NCBI GenBank assembly: GCA_027339965.1
Contig: DAHWNL010000054.1
Span: 1 to 27,497 of the forward strand
Direction: 5' to 3'
From: Granulicella sp.
GTDB taxonomy: Bacteria; Acidobacteriota; Terriglobia; Terriglobales; Acidobacteriaceae
Length of the DNA: 27,497 nucleotides
The notes beneath the pieces are model-generated. The model saw only the letters and a program-made list of their open reading frames with translations, did not search any database and was not told the DNA's origin. Each line of letters starts with the position of its first letter. Positions within the stretch are counted from its first letter, which is position 1. This document shows, piece after piece, positions 18,655-27,497 of the stretch. The position numbers and the translations under genes are program-made.

Positions 18655-18821
18655 CGTTGTCCTTTCATCCCCCGTTCGCTCCCTTCGGACTGCTTACGCC
18701 GGCGGGGAGAACCTGCAGGAATGGTTTTGGCGTCAGAACGCCGAGGTTGAATACTCCCTGTGGCGCGCTCGATCTTTTTGCCGAGGGATCGGTTGCGCGC
18801 CAAGGCGATGCGTCGCGCCGG

Positions 18822-19007
18822 CTACCAGCTCGACTTGACCACACCCGGAATCTCGCCCTTCAGCACAAGATTGCGGAAACAAAGGCGGCAGATGCCGAAC
18901 TTGCGCAGAAAACCGCGGGGACGGCCGCACAACTGGCAGCGGTTATGCTGACGGGATTTGAACTTGGGCTTGCTTGCGTCCTTGACGCGCTTTGCAGTAG
19001 TCGCCAT
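18822..19007 (-). CDS. rpsN: 30S ribosomal protein S14, zinc-binding type Z (61 aa)
   Basis: [31 protein letters not shown]; two CxxC motifs. Confidence 0.97.
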   Translation of the reverse strand: MATTAKRVKDASKPKFKSRQHNRCQLCGRPRGFLRKFGICRLCFRNLVLKGEIPGVVKSSW

Positions 19008-19098
19008 AACGAAATTTCTCTCTCCAACTCACTCAGGTGAAACCCTTGCTTCGATGTCCGCAGCAGCCTCCGGCCGCCCCGGAAAAATCCTGCTCGCT

Positions 19099-19647
19099 TT
19101 ACGCCCCCTGGCGGAACGGCATACCGAAGCTCTTCAGCAGCTCGCGCGCTCCGTTATCGTCCTTGGCCGTTGTCACGATGGTCACATTCATGCCCTTGAT
19201 CTTGTCCACCTTGGCGTAGTCGATCTCCGGAAAGATCAACTGATCACGCAGGCCCAAGGTGTAGTTGCCGCGCCCGTCAAAGCTCTTTGAACTGACGCCG
19301 CGGAAGTCGCGCACTCGGGGCAGCGCCACGTTGATCAGCCGGTCAAGAAACTCGTACATCTTGTCTCCGCGCAGTGTCACCATGGCCCCAATCGGCATTC
19401 CCTCGCGCAGTTTGAAGGCCGCAATCGACTTCTTGGCCTTGGTAATCACAGGCTTCTGCCCGGCGATCGACGCCAGATCCGCGAGCAGAGGATCGATGAT
19501 CTTCACATTCTGCGTCGCCTCGCCCAGCCCCATGTTGATCACAATCTTCTCCAGCTTGGGCACCGCCATGCCATTGCTGACGCCCAAATCCTTTTGCAGC
19601 GCCTGCTTGATGCTGTCGTGATACTTCTCCTTCAAACGTGCCGCCAT
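19099..19647 (-). CDS. rplE: 50S ribosomal protein L5
   Basis: [45 protein letters not shown]; start MAARLK at 19647. Confidence 0.97.
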   Translation of the reverse strand: MAARLKEKYHDSIKQALQKDLGVSNGMAVPKLEKIVINMGLGEATQNVKIIDPLLADLASIAGQKPVITKAKKSIAAFKLREGMPIGAMVTLRGDKMYEFLDRLINVALPRVRDFRGVSSKSFDGRGNYTLGLRDQLIFPEIDYAKVDKIKGMNVTIVTTAKDDNGARELLKSFGMPFRQGA

Positions 19648-19780
19648 CGCTTCTCTTCTCTTTCTCCACGGCTTCGGAGTGCCTCTCGGAGGGGTACCGT
19701 TTCGTGGGGTCAACCTTTGAAACCGAACATCGCCTGAAAGCGAACGTCGCCGGCCATCTTGCGCCCTGCATCGGTTAGCT

Positions 19781-20152
19781 TTACTTCCTGAACTTCTTCT
19801 CCGCAATCGCGCCGCCGTTGGTGCGGGCGATGCGCGTCTTCTTCGTCCCTTCCACCTGGTAGCCCACACGAGTGGGCTTTCCCTCAGAGTCGGCCAGCAT
19901 CACATTAGAGATGTGAATCGGCGCCTCCTGCTCCAGGATGCCGCCCGCGATATTCTTCTGCGGATTCGGCTTCAGGTGCTTTTTGATCATGCCGACGCCT
20001 TCCACCAGCACGCGCTGCTTGTCCACGATCACTCGCAGCACGCGATGAGGCTTGGGCCCTTTGTCTTTGCCCGCGACCACCACAACCATATCGTTGCGCT
20101 TGATCCGGATCTTCGATCTGCCGGCGCTGGCCGGCTTGAATTTGTTCGGCAT
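19781..20152 (-). CDS. rplX: 50S ribosomal protein L24
   Basis: [33 protein letters not shown]. Alternative GTG start at 20158. Confidence 0.95.
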   Translation of the reverse strand: MPNKFKPASAGRSKIRIKRNDMVVVVAGKDKGPKPHRVLRVIVDKQRVLVEGVGMIKKHLKPNPQKNIAGGILEQEAPIHISNVMLADSEGKPTRVGYQVEGTKKTRIARTNGGAIAEKKFRK

Positions 20153-20248
20153 GGTCACTCTCTTTCCTCGGCGATCGGCATCCCTAGGGATGCTCTACGG
20201 AGCCGGAATCCGATTGAAATCCGTCACTGCAAATCTGACAACTCCCGG

Positions 20249-20620
20249 CTAAATAACCTCGGGGGCCAGCGAGACGATCTTCAAAAACTTTTTCTCTCGC
20301 AGTTCGCGCGCCACAGGGCCAAAGACGCGGGTCCCCACCGGCTCCATCGCATCATTGATCACCACGGCCGCGTTTTCGTCAAAACGGATGTAGGTTCCAT
20401 CCCGGCGGCGATACTCCTTGTGCGTGCGGACAATCACCGCCTTGACGACCTTGCCCTTCTTGACCGTTCCGTCCGGCGAGGCCTCCTTGACCGCCGCCGT
20501 AACCACATCGCCAAGGCCGGCCTTGCGCCCCAAGCCGCCTCCCAGCGGCAGGATCACCTGGAGCTTGCGGGCTCCAGAGTTGTCGGCAACGGCAAGGATG
20601 GTGCGCATTTGAACTGCCAT
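20249..20620 (-). CDS. rplN: 50S ribosomal protein L14
   Basis: [46 protein letters not shown]. Confidence 0.98.
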   Translation of the reverse strand: MAVQMRTILAVADNSGARKLQVILPLGGGLGRKAGLGDVVTAAVKEASPDGTVKKGKVVKAVIVRTHKEYRRRDGTYIRFDENAAVVINDAMEPVGTRVFGPVARELREKKFLKIVSLAPEVI

Positions 20621-20779
20621 GATCATTCTCCTGGTTCAAGCTCTCGCCGAACTTCGGTTCGAGAGGTACGGCTCCAGGCCCAAGAGCCTGGCGGCGGTAA
20701 GCCGCTGCTATCTCAGACCTGCGGCTGCTGTTACTGCCCAAAACTCCTTCAAATATCGCGCCGCCATCCGCCCTCAGGG

Positions 20780-21106
20780 CTACCGTGCCTCCGGCGCCTC
20801 ATCCGGCAGCGACGTAAGCGACGAGCGGCGAATGATCTCCTCCAGAGACCAGCGCTTGAGCTTGGACAGCGGACGGGTCTCGCGGATGCGCACCATATCT
20901 CCGACCCGCGCCGAGTTCTGCTCGTCATGGGCGTAGAACTTCTTGTTGGACTTCAGCACGCGCTTGTACTTGGGGTGCGCCTTGCGCATCTCGATCTCCA
21001 CCACGATGGTCTTCTCCATCTTTGTGGACACAACCAGACCAACCTTCTCCGTGCGGCGCGGCGCGGCCTGCCCTGCGGCGGAGGTGACAACAGTAGACTC
21101 AGCCAT
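20780..21106 (-). CDS. rpsQ: 30S ribosomal protein S17
   Basis: [42 protein letters not shown]. Confidence 0.97.
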   Translation of the reverse strand: MAESTVVTSAAGQAAPRRTEKVGLVVSTKMEKTIVVEIEMRKAHPKYKRVLKSNKKFYAHDEQNSARVGDMVRIRETRPLSKLKRWSLEEIIRRSSLTSLPDEAPEAR

Positions 21107-21119
21107 ATGAACTCCCTCG

Positions 21120-21350
21120 TTACTCTTTCTCTGCCTTTGCAGTGACCAGCGAACGCGCACTCGCCATCTGTCGCTCACGCACAGTGGTCTTGATGCGGGC
21201 GATATCCTGCTTCAGGGTCTTGATCTTGCCCAACCCCTCCTGCTTCCCCAGGCTCTTGGCAAAGCGAATGCGGAAGAGCTGCTCAGCGGCCTTGGCTTCT
21301 TCGGCCACCAACTGATCGTCGCTCATATTGCGGATCTTTTCGATTTCCAT
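21120..21350 (-). CDS. rpmC: 50S ribosomal protein L29
   Basis: [20 protein letters not shown]; located between rplP and rpsQ. Confidence 0.94.
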   Translation of the reverse strand: MEIEKIRNMSDDQLVAEEAKAAEQLFRIRFAKSLGKQEGLGKIKTLKQDIARIKTTVRERQMASARSLVTAKAEKE

Positions 21351-21377
21351 AATGTGTTCCTTATCGCCTGAATGGCT

Positions 21378-21812
21378 TTACTTGACGGCCACTTCAGCCT
21401 TGAGGCCGGGGCGCACAACGAATGAAGTTTTCAGCGGCAGCTTGTGCGCCGCCAGCCGCATGGCCTCTTTGGCAAGATCGACAGGAACGCCTTCCATCTC
21501 GAACAGGATCTTGCCCGGGCGGACCACCGCAACCCAGTGATCCGGTGCTCCCTTGCCCTTGCCCATACGGGTCTCGGCCGGCTTCTTGGTGATGGGCTTG
21601 TCCGGGAACAGACGCAGCCAGACCTTGCCGCCACGTTTAATAAAACGTGTCATCGCAATGCGCGAGGCCTCGATCTGACGGTCCGTGATGTAACCACACT
21701 CCATCACCTTCAAGCCAAAGTCGCCAAATGAGATCTCCGAGCCGCGCCACGCTTTGCCGCACATGCGGCCACGCTGCTGCTTGCGAAACTTAACCTTCTT
21801 GGGTAAGAGCAT
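21378..21812 (-). CDS. rplP: 50S ribosomal protein L16
   Basis: [37 protein letters not shown]. Confidence 0.98.
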   Translation of the reverse strand: MLLPKKVKFRKQQRGRMCGKAWRGSEISFGDFGLKVMECGYITDRQIEASRIAMTRFIKRGGKVWLRLFPDKPITKKPAETRMGKGKGAPDHWVAVVRPGKILFEMEGVPVDLAKEAMRLAAHKLPLKTSFVVRPGLKAEVAVK

Positions 21813-22062
21813 GAGGAATTTCCTTTGAATAAACGCCTGGCAACTGCGCAGGAGAAGATCTGAGGTGATGGCCGGGGTCTCTGCCGCCGCTGCTTGCCCG
21901 CTCTCTTCAACAGGATTCGGGCGAAGTCGGCCGCACCGGCAGACTCGGGGCCAAACTCGTTAAGTATACCTGAGATCCGCCGCCAACTGGGCCTGCGAAC
22001 CCCAAGGACAAAAGAAAACCAAGCCGAACGCGTCAGGATGGTCCCAGCCGCGCCTCTGCAAC

Positions 22063-22734
22063 TCAAAACGCGCCCGAACTCACAGGCACCGGCTCGCGGC
22101 GCTTCCTCTGCTCATAGATATCGCCACGGTACACCCAGGTCTTGACGCCGATGATCCCATAGGTCGTCTGGGCCTCGGAGAAGCCGTAGTCGATGTCCGC
22201 GCGCAGCGTGTGCAGCGGCAGACGCCCCTGCAGATACCACTCCGAGCGGGCGATCTCATTGCCGTTCAACCGGCCTGAGACCCGCACCTTGATGCCCTTG
22301 CAGCCGAAGCGCAAGGCTGAGTCCACGCTCTTGCGCATGGCTCGGCGGAAGCTAACTCGCTTCTCCAGTTGCAAGGCAATGCTCTCACTGACCAACTGAG
22401 CGTCCAGTTCCGGCTTGTTCACTTCCAGAATGTCGATGAACACCTCGCGGTTGGTGCGCTTCTGGATGTCGACCTTCAGCTTGTCGATCTCCGCACCTTT
22501 ACGTCCAATGATGATGCCGGGACGCGCCGTGCGGATGATCAGCCGCAGCTTGTTGCCGGGCCGCTCCACCTCTACCGAGCTGACCCCGGCCGCCTTGAGC
22601 TTCTCGCGGAGCTCTGCCTTCAACTTGACATCCTCGACCAGCAGCTTGTCATAGCCGCGCTCGACGAACCAGCGCGACTTCCAGGGCTTGTTGATGCCGA
22701 GGCGGAATCCGTACGGATGGACCTTCTGTCCCAT
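22063..22734 (-). CDS. rpsC: 30S ribosomal protein S3
   Basis: [15 protein letters not shown] motif [25 protein letters not shown]. Confidence 0.98.
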   Translation of the reverse strand: MGQKVHPYGFRLGINKPWKSRWFVERGYDKLLVEDVKLKAELREKLKAAGVSSVEVERPGNKLRLIIRTARPGIIIGRKGAEIDKLKVDIQKRTNREVFIDILEVNKPELDAQLVSESIALQLEKRVSFRRAMRKSVDSALRFGCKGIKVRVSGRLNGNEIARSEWYLQGRLPLHTLRADIDYGFSEAQTTYGIIGVKTWVYRGDIYEQRKRREPVPVSSGAF

Positions 22735-22835
22735 AGCTTCCCTATTCCTAAACCATAGCCGGTTGAGCCGGCGCGGTTGATGTTGCAAACTCTCTGCTGC
22801 CAACTACAATCTGCGTCTCACGCACACCGCAACCG

Positions 22836-23351
22836 TTACTTCGCCGCGGCGGCCTTCTTCCTGGCCGGCGCCTTTTTGCCGGCTATAGCCCTCTTGGTTC
22901 CAGCCTTCTTCGCCGTCGGCTTGCCCGCGCTCTTGCTCGCCGCCGGGGCAGCCTCTTGTTCGGCCGCGGCTGCAGCCTTCTTCTCCGCCACCGTAATCAC
23001 CAAGTGGGCGATGCGCCGCTGGTAGCGAAACGCCCGTCCCATCGGGGCGGGACGGATGCGCTTCATCCGCGGACCTTCATTGGCCACCGCCGTCTTGACG
23101 TAGAGATTATCGATGTCCACATCGAGTCCCCCCTCGTCGGAGAGATGCTGTGCGTTCTGCACGGCCGACCGCAGAACCTTCTCCACGACCGGCGCTATGC
23201 GCTTGTGGGTAAAAGCCACCGTGTTGATGGCTGCTTCAACGCGCTTGCCCTTGATCAAATCAAGCACCAGCTTGGCCTTTTGTGGGCTGACGCGCTGGAA
23301 GCGGGCCTCAGCGCGGAATTCGGGTGTTTCTGGAATCATTGCTTTCTGCAT
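22836..23351 (-). CDS. rplV: 50S ribosomal protein L22 with Ala/Lys-rich C-terminal extension
   Basis: RVSPQKAKLVLDLIKGK, NEGPRMKRIRPAPMGRA; ATG at 23351 with AAGGA SD (alternative TTG at 23366). Confidence 0.95.
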   Translation of the reverse strand: MQKAMIPETPEFRAEARFQRVSPQKAKLVLDLIKGKRVEAAINTVAFTHKRIAPVVEKVLRSAVQNAQHLSDEGGLDVDIDNLYVKTAVANEGPRMKRIRPAPMGRAFRYQRRIAHLVITVAEKKAAAAAEQEAAPAASKSAGKPTAKKAGTKRAIAGKKAPARKKAAAAK

Positions 23352-23451
23352 TGCGATGTCCTTCAAAGCTGCAAATCTAAGAATCCTGATCCGGCGAAAA
23401 CTCGCCCGGCGCTATCTCGCCTGAGACGATCCTGCTCGCCCCTGCCCCCGG

Positions 23452-23736
23452 CTACTTGCCCTTCGCGGTCTCGGCGGCCTTGGCCGAATGTCCCTTGAAG
23501 GTGCGCGTGGCTGAAAACTCGCCCAGCTTGTGGCCAACCATGTTCTCCGTACAGTAGACCGGAATGAACTTACGGCCGTTGTGTACGGCGATGGTATGAC
23601 CCACCATCTCCGGATGGATCGTGGAGCGGCGTGACCAGGTGCGAACCACCTTCTTCTCGTTGGCGCTGTTCATCGCCTCGATCTTGGTCATCAGGTGGGC
23701 GTCGATAAAAGGGCCCTTCTTTGTGGAACGTGACAT
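23452..23736 (-). CDS. rpsS: 30S ribosomal protein S19
   Basis: [33 protein letters not shown]. Confidence 0.98.
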   Translation of the reverse strand: MSRSTKKGPFIDAHLMTKIEAMNSANEKKVVRTWSRRSTIHPEMVGHTIAVHNGRKFIPVYCTENMVGHKLGEFSATRTFKGHSAKAAETAKGK

Positions 23737-23911
23737 GATTGACTCCGTTGCTGCGGTGCTGAATACGACGAATCTCCCTGCCTCGGGTTCTTTCCTTTTG
23801 CGTCTGGCAGTGCGACTTGGTGTTGCTTGTACTTCCCTGACTACCGATCTCAACTTCTTCTTTGCTTTCCAGCAGACGGCCAACCTGCAGCCAGAGATCT
23901 GCTGCCGAACT

Positions 23912-24742
<831 letters not shown>

Positions 24743-24881
24743 GATGCTCTTCCTTTGCCGCGCTCTCTATGACTTCTACACGTCAGCGCGATACATGATG
24801 CTCTTTACTGCGGAACCCACTGTGGCGCAGCCAGAAAGGAGTTCACGCGGTGCTTGCGGCCCCGCGCCCCTCCCTCAGGCC

Positions 24882-25175
24882 TTATATCTCGGCGGCAAAG
24901 TCAGGAACCTTCTCGCCGGCCTTCAGGCGCACGTAGGCTTTCTTCCAGTCAGGCAGATAGCCTGCGTAACGGCCGCGCTTGCGCTCCTTGCCCACAACGC
25001 TGGAGGTGCGAATGCTCTCCACCTTGACGTTGAACAAGGTCTCCACAGCCTGCTTCACTTCGGTCTTGGTTGCAGTCGCCGCCACCTCAAAGACCAGGGA
25101 TCCTTCCACCTCGCGGGTGTTCAGAGCCTTCTCCGTAATCAAGGGGCGGCGGATGACGTTATACAGGGTCGGCAT
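24882..25175 (-). CDS. rplW: 50S ribosomal protein L23
   Basis: RPLITEKA, ATKTEVKQAVETLFNVKV, WKKAYVRL. Confidence 0.97.
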   Translation of the reverse strand: MPTLYNVIRRPLITEKALNTREVEGSLVFEVAATATKTEVKQAVETLFNVKVESIRTSSVVGKERKRGRYAGYLPDWKKAYVRLKAGEKVPDFAAEI

Positions 25176-25865
25176 TTAGGCGACCTCCTTCTTGGCCTGC
25201 TTCGGCTGGCCTTCTGCCGGCTTGCGCCGGGAAGCGACCTTCTTCAGAGTCTCCGTCAGGGTTTCAAAGGCCGCCTTGGAAAAGATGGCCTTCTCATACC
25301 GCAGGAGATCATAGGGATGAACTTCGGAGCTGAGCACCAGTTCGACACCGGGCAGATTGCGTGATCCCAGGTAAAAGCGCTCCTGCAACTGTTGCGAGCT
25401 CTCCACCAGAAGAGCGGTCTTCTTCGCATCCAGCTTGTTGAGCGCCTCGCGATACAGCCTGGTCTTCGCCTCGGCCACCTCAAAGCTCTCCACCAGAATC
25501 AAATTGCCATCCTTGATCTTGGCGGCAACCGCGGAACGCAGCGCCCCTAACAATTTCTTGCGCGGAAACGAATACTCGTAGCTGCGCGGCTGCGGCCCAT
25601 GCACCGTGCCGCCGCCCCGCCACAGTGGCGTGCGAATGGAGCCGACGCGAGCGCGCCCGGTTCCCTTCTGCTTCCACAGCTTCTTTCCCGCGCCGGAGAC
25701 CAGCTTGCGGTTCTTCGTGGCATGGGTGCCCTGGCGCAGGCCGGCACGATAGTGCTTCACCGCCTCCCAGATCAATGCCTCGTTCACCTCGGCGGCAAAG
25801 ATGGCATCCAGTTCTACGCAGCCGACTTCCTTCCCGCTGAGATCCACTACCTTGATGTTGGCCAT
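25176..25865 (-). CDS. rplD: 50S ribosomal protein L4
   Basis: RQGTHATK, KLWKQKGTGRARVG, WRGGGTVHGPQPR; start MANIKV at 25865 with AAGGA SD. Confidence 0.97.
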   Translation of the reverse strand: MANIKVVDLSGKEVGCVELDAIFAAEVNEALIWEAVKHYRAGLRQGTHATKNRKLVSGAGKKLWKQKGTGRARVGSIRTPLWRGGGTVHGPQPRSYEYSFPRKKLLGALRSAVAAKIKDGNLILVESFEVAEAKTRLYREALNKLDAKKTALLVESSQQLQERFYLGSRNLPGVELVLSSEVHPYDLLRYEKAIFSKAAFETLTETLKKVASRRKPAEGQPKQAKKEVA

Positions 25866-26018
25866 CGTCCTTCTCTTTTCTCGCCGGCGATCGATGCCGC
25901 CAGCCAATCTCTTGTTCGTCTGCGTTCCCGGTCTATTTGCCGCGCAGAGTGTGACGGTTGATTCCATCCCTCGCTGTCGACCCGGAACCTCTGGCTCAGG
26001 GTCAACCACAAAAAAGTC

Positions 26019-26750
26019 TTACTTCTTCTTTGGTGAAGCCTTCTTGGACGCCTTCAACGGATCCAGCGTGCCGCTGCCGGCAAACCCGCGCCGCTCTCTG
26101 GGCGGCGCCTTGGCCTTGGAGACCAGAACGTACCCATCTCGAGCTCCCGGCACCGCGCCCTCCACCATCAACAGATTCTCTTCCACATCGATTCCCCGAA
26201 TCCTCAGATTGCGCACCGTCACCTGATCCGTGCCATAGTGGCCTGGCATCCGCTGCCCAGGGAAGACACGGGAGGGAAACGAGGAGGCGCCAATCGAGCC
26301 CTGGATCTGGAACATATGACCGTGGGCCTTGGGACCGCCGCCGAACCGGTGACGGCGAACCACGCCGGAGAATCCCCGGCCCTTGGAGGTTCCCACCACA
26401 TCGACAAACTTGGTCTCCGAGAAGATCTCGACGGTAATCCGGTCGCCCGCCTTGGCCGTCTGATCCTGCTCGCCGCCCGAGGCCGACTCCAACTGAACCT
26501 CGCGCAGCTCCCGCACAGGCGGAACGCCGGACTTGGCAAAGTGGCCCGTCATCGCCTTGTTGACCTTGGTCGCCTTGACAAACTCCACCAGGCCGATCTG
26601 AGCGGCATCATAGCCATCTCTGGCCAGCGTCTTCAGTTGCGTAATCACACACGGCCCAACCTTCAGCACCGTTACCGGGTGAACATCGCCGCGGTCATCA
26701 AACAACTGCGTCATACCGATCTTCTTGCCGAGAATTCCTGTAACGCTCAT
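26019..26750 (-). CDS. rplC: 50S ribosomal protein L3
   Basis: [42 protein letters not shown]. Confidence 0.98.
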   Translation of the reverse strand: MSVTGILGKKIGMTQLFDDRGDVHPVTVLKVGPCVITQLKTLARDGYDAAQIGLVEFVKATKVNKAMTGHFAKSGVPPVRELREVQLESASGGEQDQTAKAGDRITVEIFSETKFVDVVGTSKGRGFSGVVRRHRFGGGPKAHGHMFQIQGSIGASSFPSRVFPGQRMPGHYGTDQVTVRNLRIRGIDVEENLLMVEGAVPGARDGYVLVSKAKAPPRERRGFAGSGTLDPLKASKKASPKKK

Positions 26751-26862
26751 GCTTTCCTCTCCTCATCATGCGCGGCGTTGAGCGCCGGCACTGTAGGTGC
26801 TTCTTGCTGCGGAAGTCGCCCCGCCGGTTGGCGCTTGACCAGCCGGACCAGCACGGCTTCCG

Positions 26863-27180
26863 TCACTTCGTAACCGTCTTGATCTCCACGTCCACGCCGG
26901 CCGGCAGATCGAGCTTCATCAAGGCATCCACGGTCTGCTGGGTGGGCTCCAGAATGTCAATCAACCGCTTGTGAGTGCGAATCTCAAAGGCTTCGCGCGA
27001 CTTCTTGTCCACGTGCGGAGAACGCAGGACACAGTACTTGTTCTTGATCGTGGGCAGGGGAATCGGCCCCGCCACTTGTGCGCCTGTGCGCTTTGCCGTC
27101 TCGACAATCTCTCCTGTGGAGGTGTCCAGAACGCGATAGTCATAAGCCTTCAGGCGAATACGAATGCGCTGCTGTGCCAT
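26863..27180 (-). CDS. rpsJ: 30S ribosomal protein S10 (NusE)
   Basis: [36 protein letters not shown]. Confidence 0.98.
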   Translation of the reverse strand: MAQQRIRIRLKAYDYRVLDTSTGEIVETAKRTGAQVAGPIPLPTIKNKYCVLRSPHVDKKSREAFEIRTHKRLIDILEPTQQTVDALMKLDLPAGVDVEIKTVTK

Positions 27181-27223
27181 GGCGAGTTCCTGCTTCTTTC
27201 CAGCCCTCTCAACAGAGAGCCCT

Positions 27224-27235
27224 TGCTCAAAGATC
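27224..27235 (-). promoter_or_regulatory. boxA-like (NusB/NusE) element upstream of rpsJ
   Basis: Minus strand reads GATCTTTGAGCA, ending 43 nt before the rpsJ ATG; resembles rrn boxA (GYTCTTTAACA; GATCTTTGAAAA-type variants). Confidence 0.45.
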
Positions 27236-27367
27236 GTTTGGAGTAACTGCCGGCCGTCCTGCTCCTTGGCGAACCGGCAGCCCTCGTTCTTCGGTTGTGC
27301 CGACGGACCACAGCCCGCCGCCTGAATCTGCCGCTACGCCAAGGCCGTTCGGCCTTCGGCGCAGGCG

Positions 27368-27497
27368 CTACTTGATGATCTCGGAGATGGTTCCGGCGCC
27401 GACCGTGCGTCCACCCTCGCGGATGGCGAAGCGCAGTCCCTTTTCCATGGCCACCGGGGTGTGCAGCGTCACCTCCAGCGTCACGTTGTCGCCCGGC
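27368..27497 (-). CDS. tuf: Elongation factor Tu, 3' end only (runs off window)
   Basis: Manual translation [45 protein letters not shown] at 27370-27368. Confidence 0.97.
   Translation of the reverse strand, partial: PGDNVTLEVTLHTPVAMEKGLRFAIREGGRTVGAGTISEIIK

Overview
GC-rich bacterial chromosome segment. Ribosomal protein signatures (L14 [20 protein letters not shown]3 [18 protein letters not shown] with a basic C-terminal tail) suggest Acidobacteriota; this is recall-based inference, not a search result. The right ~15 kb (minus strand) holds the 3' end of tuf and a complete S10-spc cluster (rpsJ to rplO), then secY, adk and map. The usual downstream infA/rpmJ/alpha-operon genes are absent, and a convergent pstSCAB operon without phoU follows instead. 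The left part encodes MutY, a flavin-dependent oxidoreductase, and a plus-strand GH125 / radical SAM-SPASM (anaerobic sulfatase maturase-like) / GH76 cluster that looks like an alpha-1,6-mannan module. I see no mobile element, CRISPR array, tRNA or rRNA gene, and no unambiguous new system. The best leads are: (1) a sulfatase maturase with no adjacent sulfatase, followed by a gap-filling 62-codon ORF containing a CSPAT motif; (2) ~2.9 kb of long, often structured spacers in the ribosomal protein operon, with a boxA-like motif upstream of rpsJ (S10/NusE); (3) a nested inverted-repeat element upstream of pstS; (4) a 13-bp duplication of the rplO 3' end; (5) three unrelated 12-bp tandem duplications near gene boundaries.
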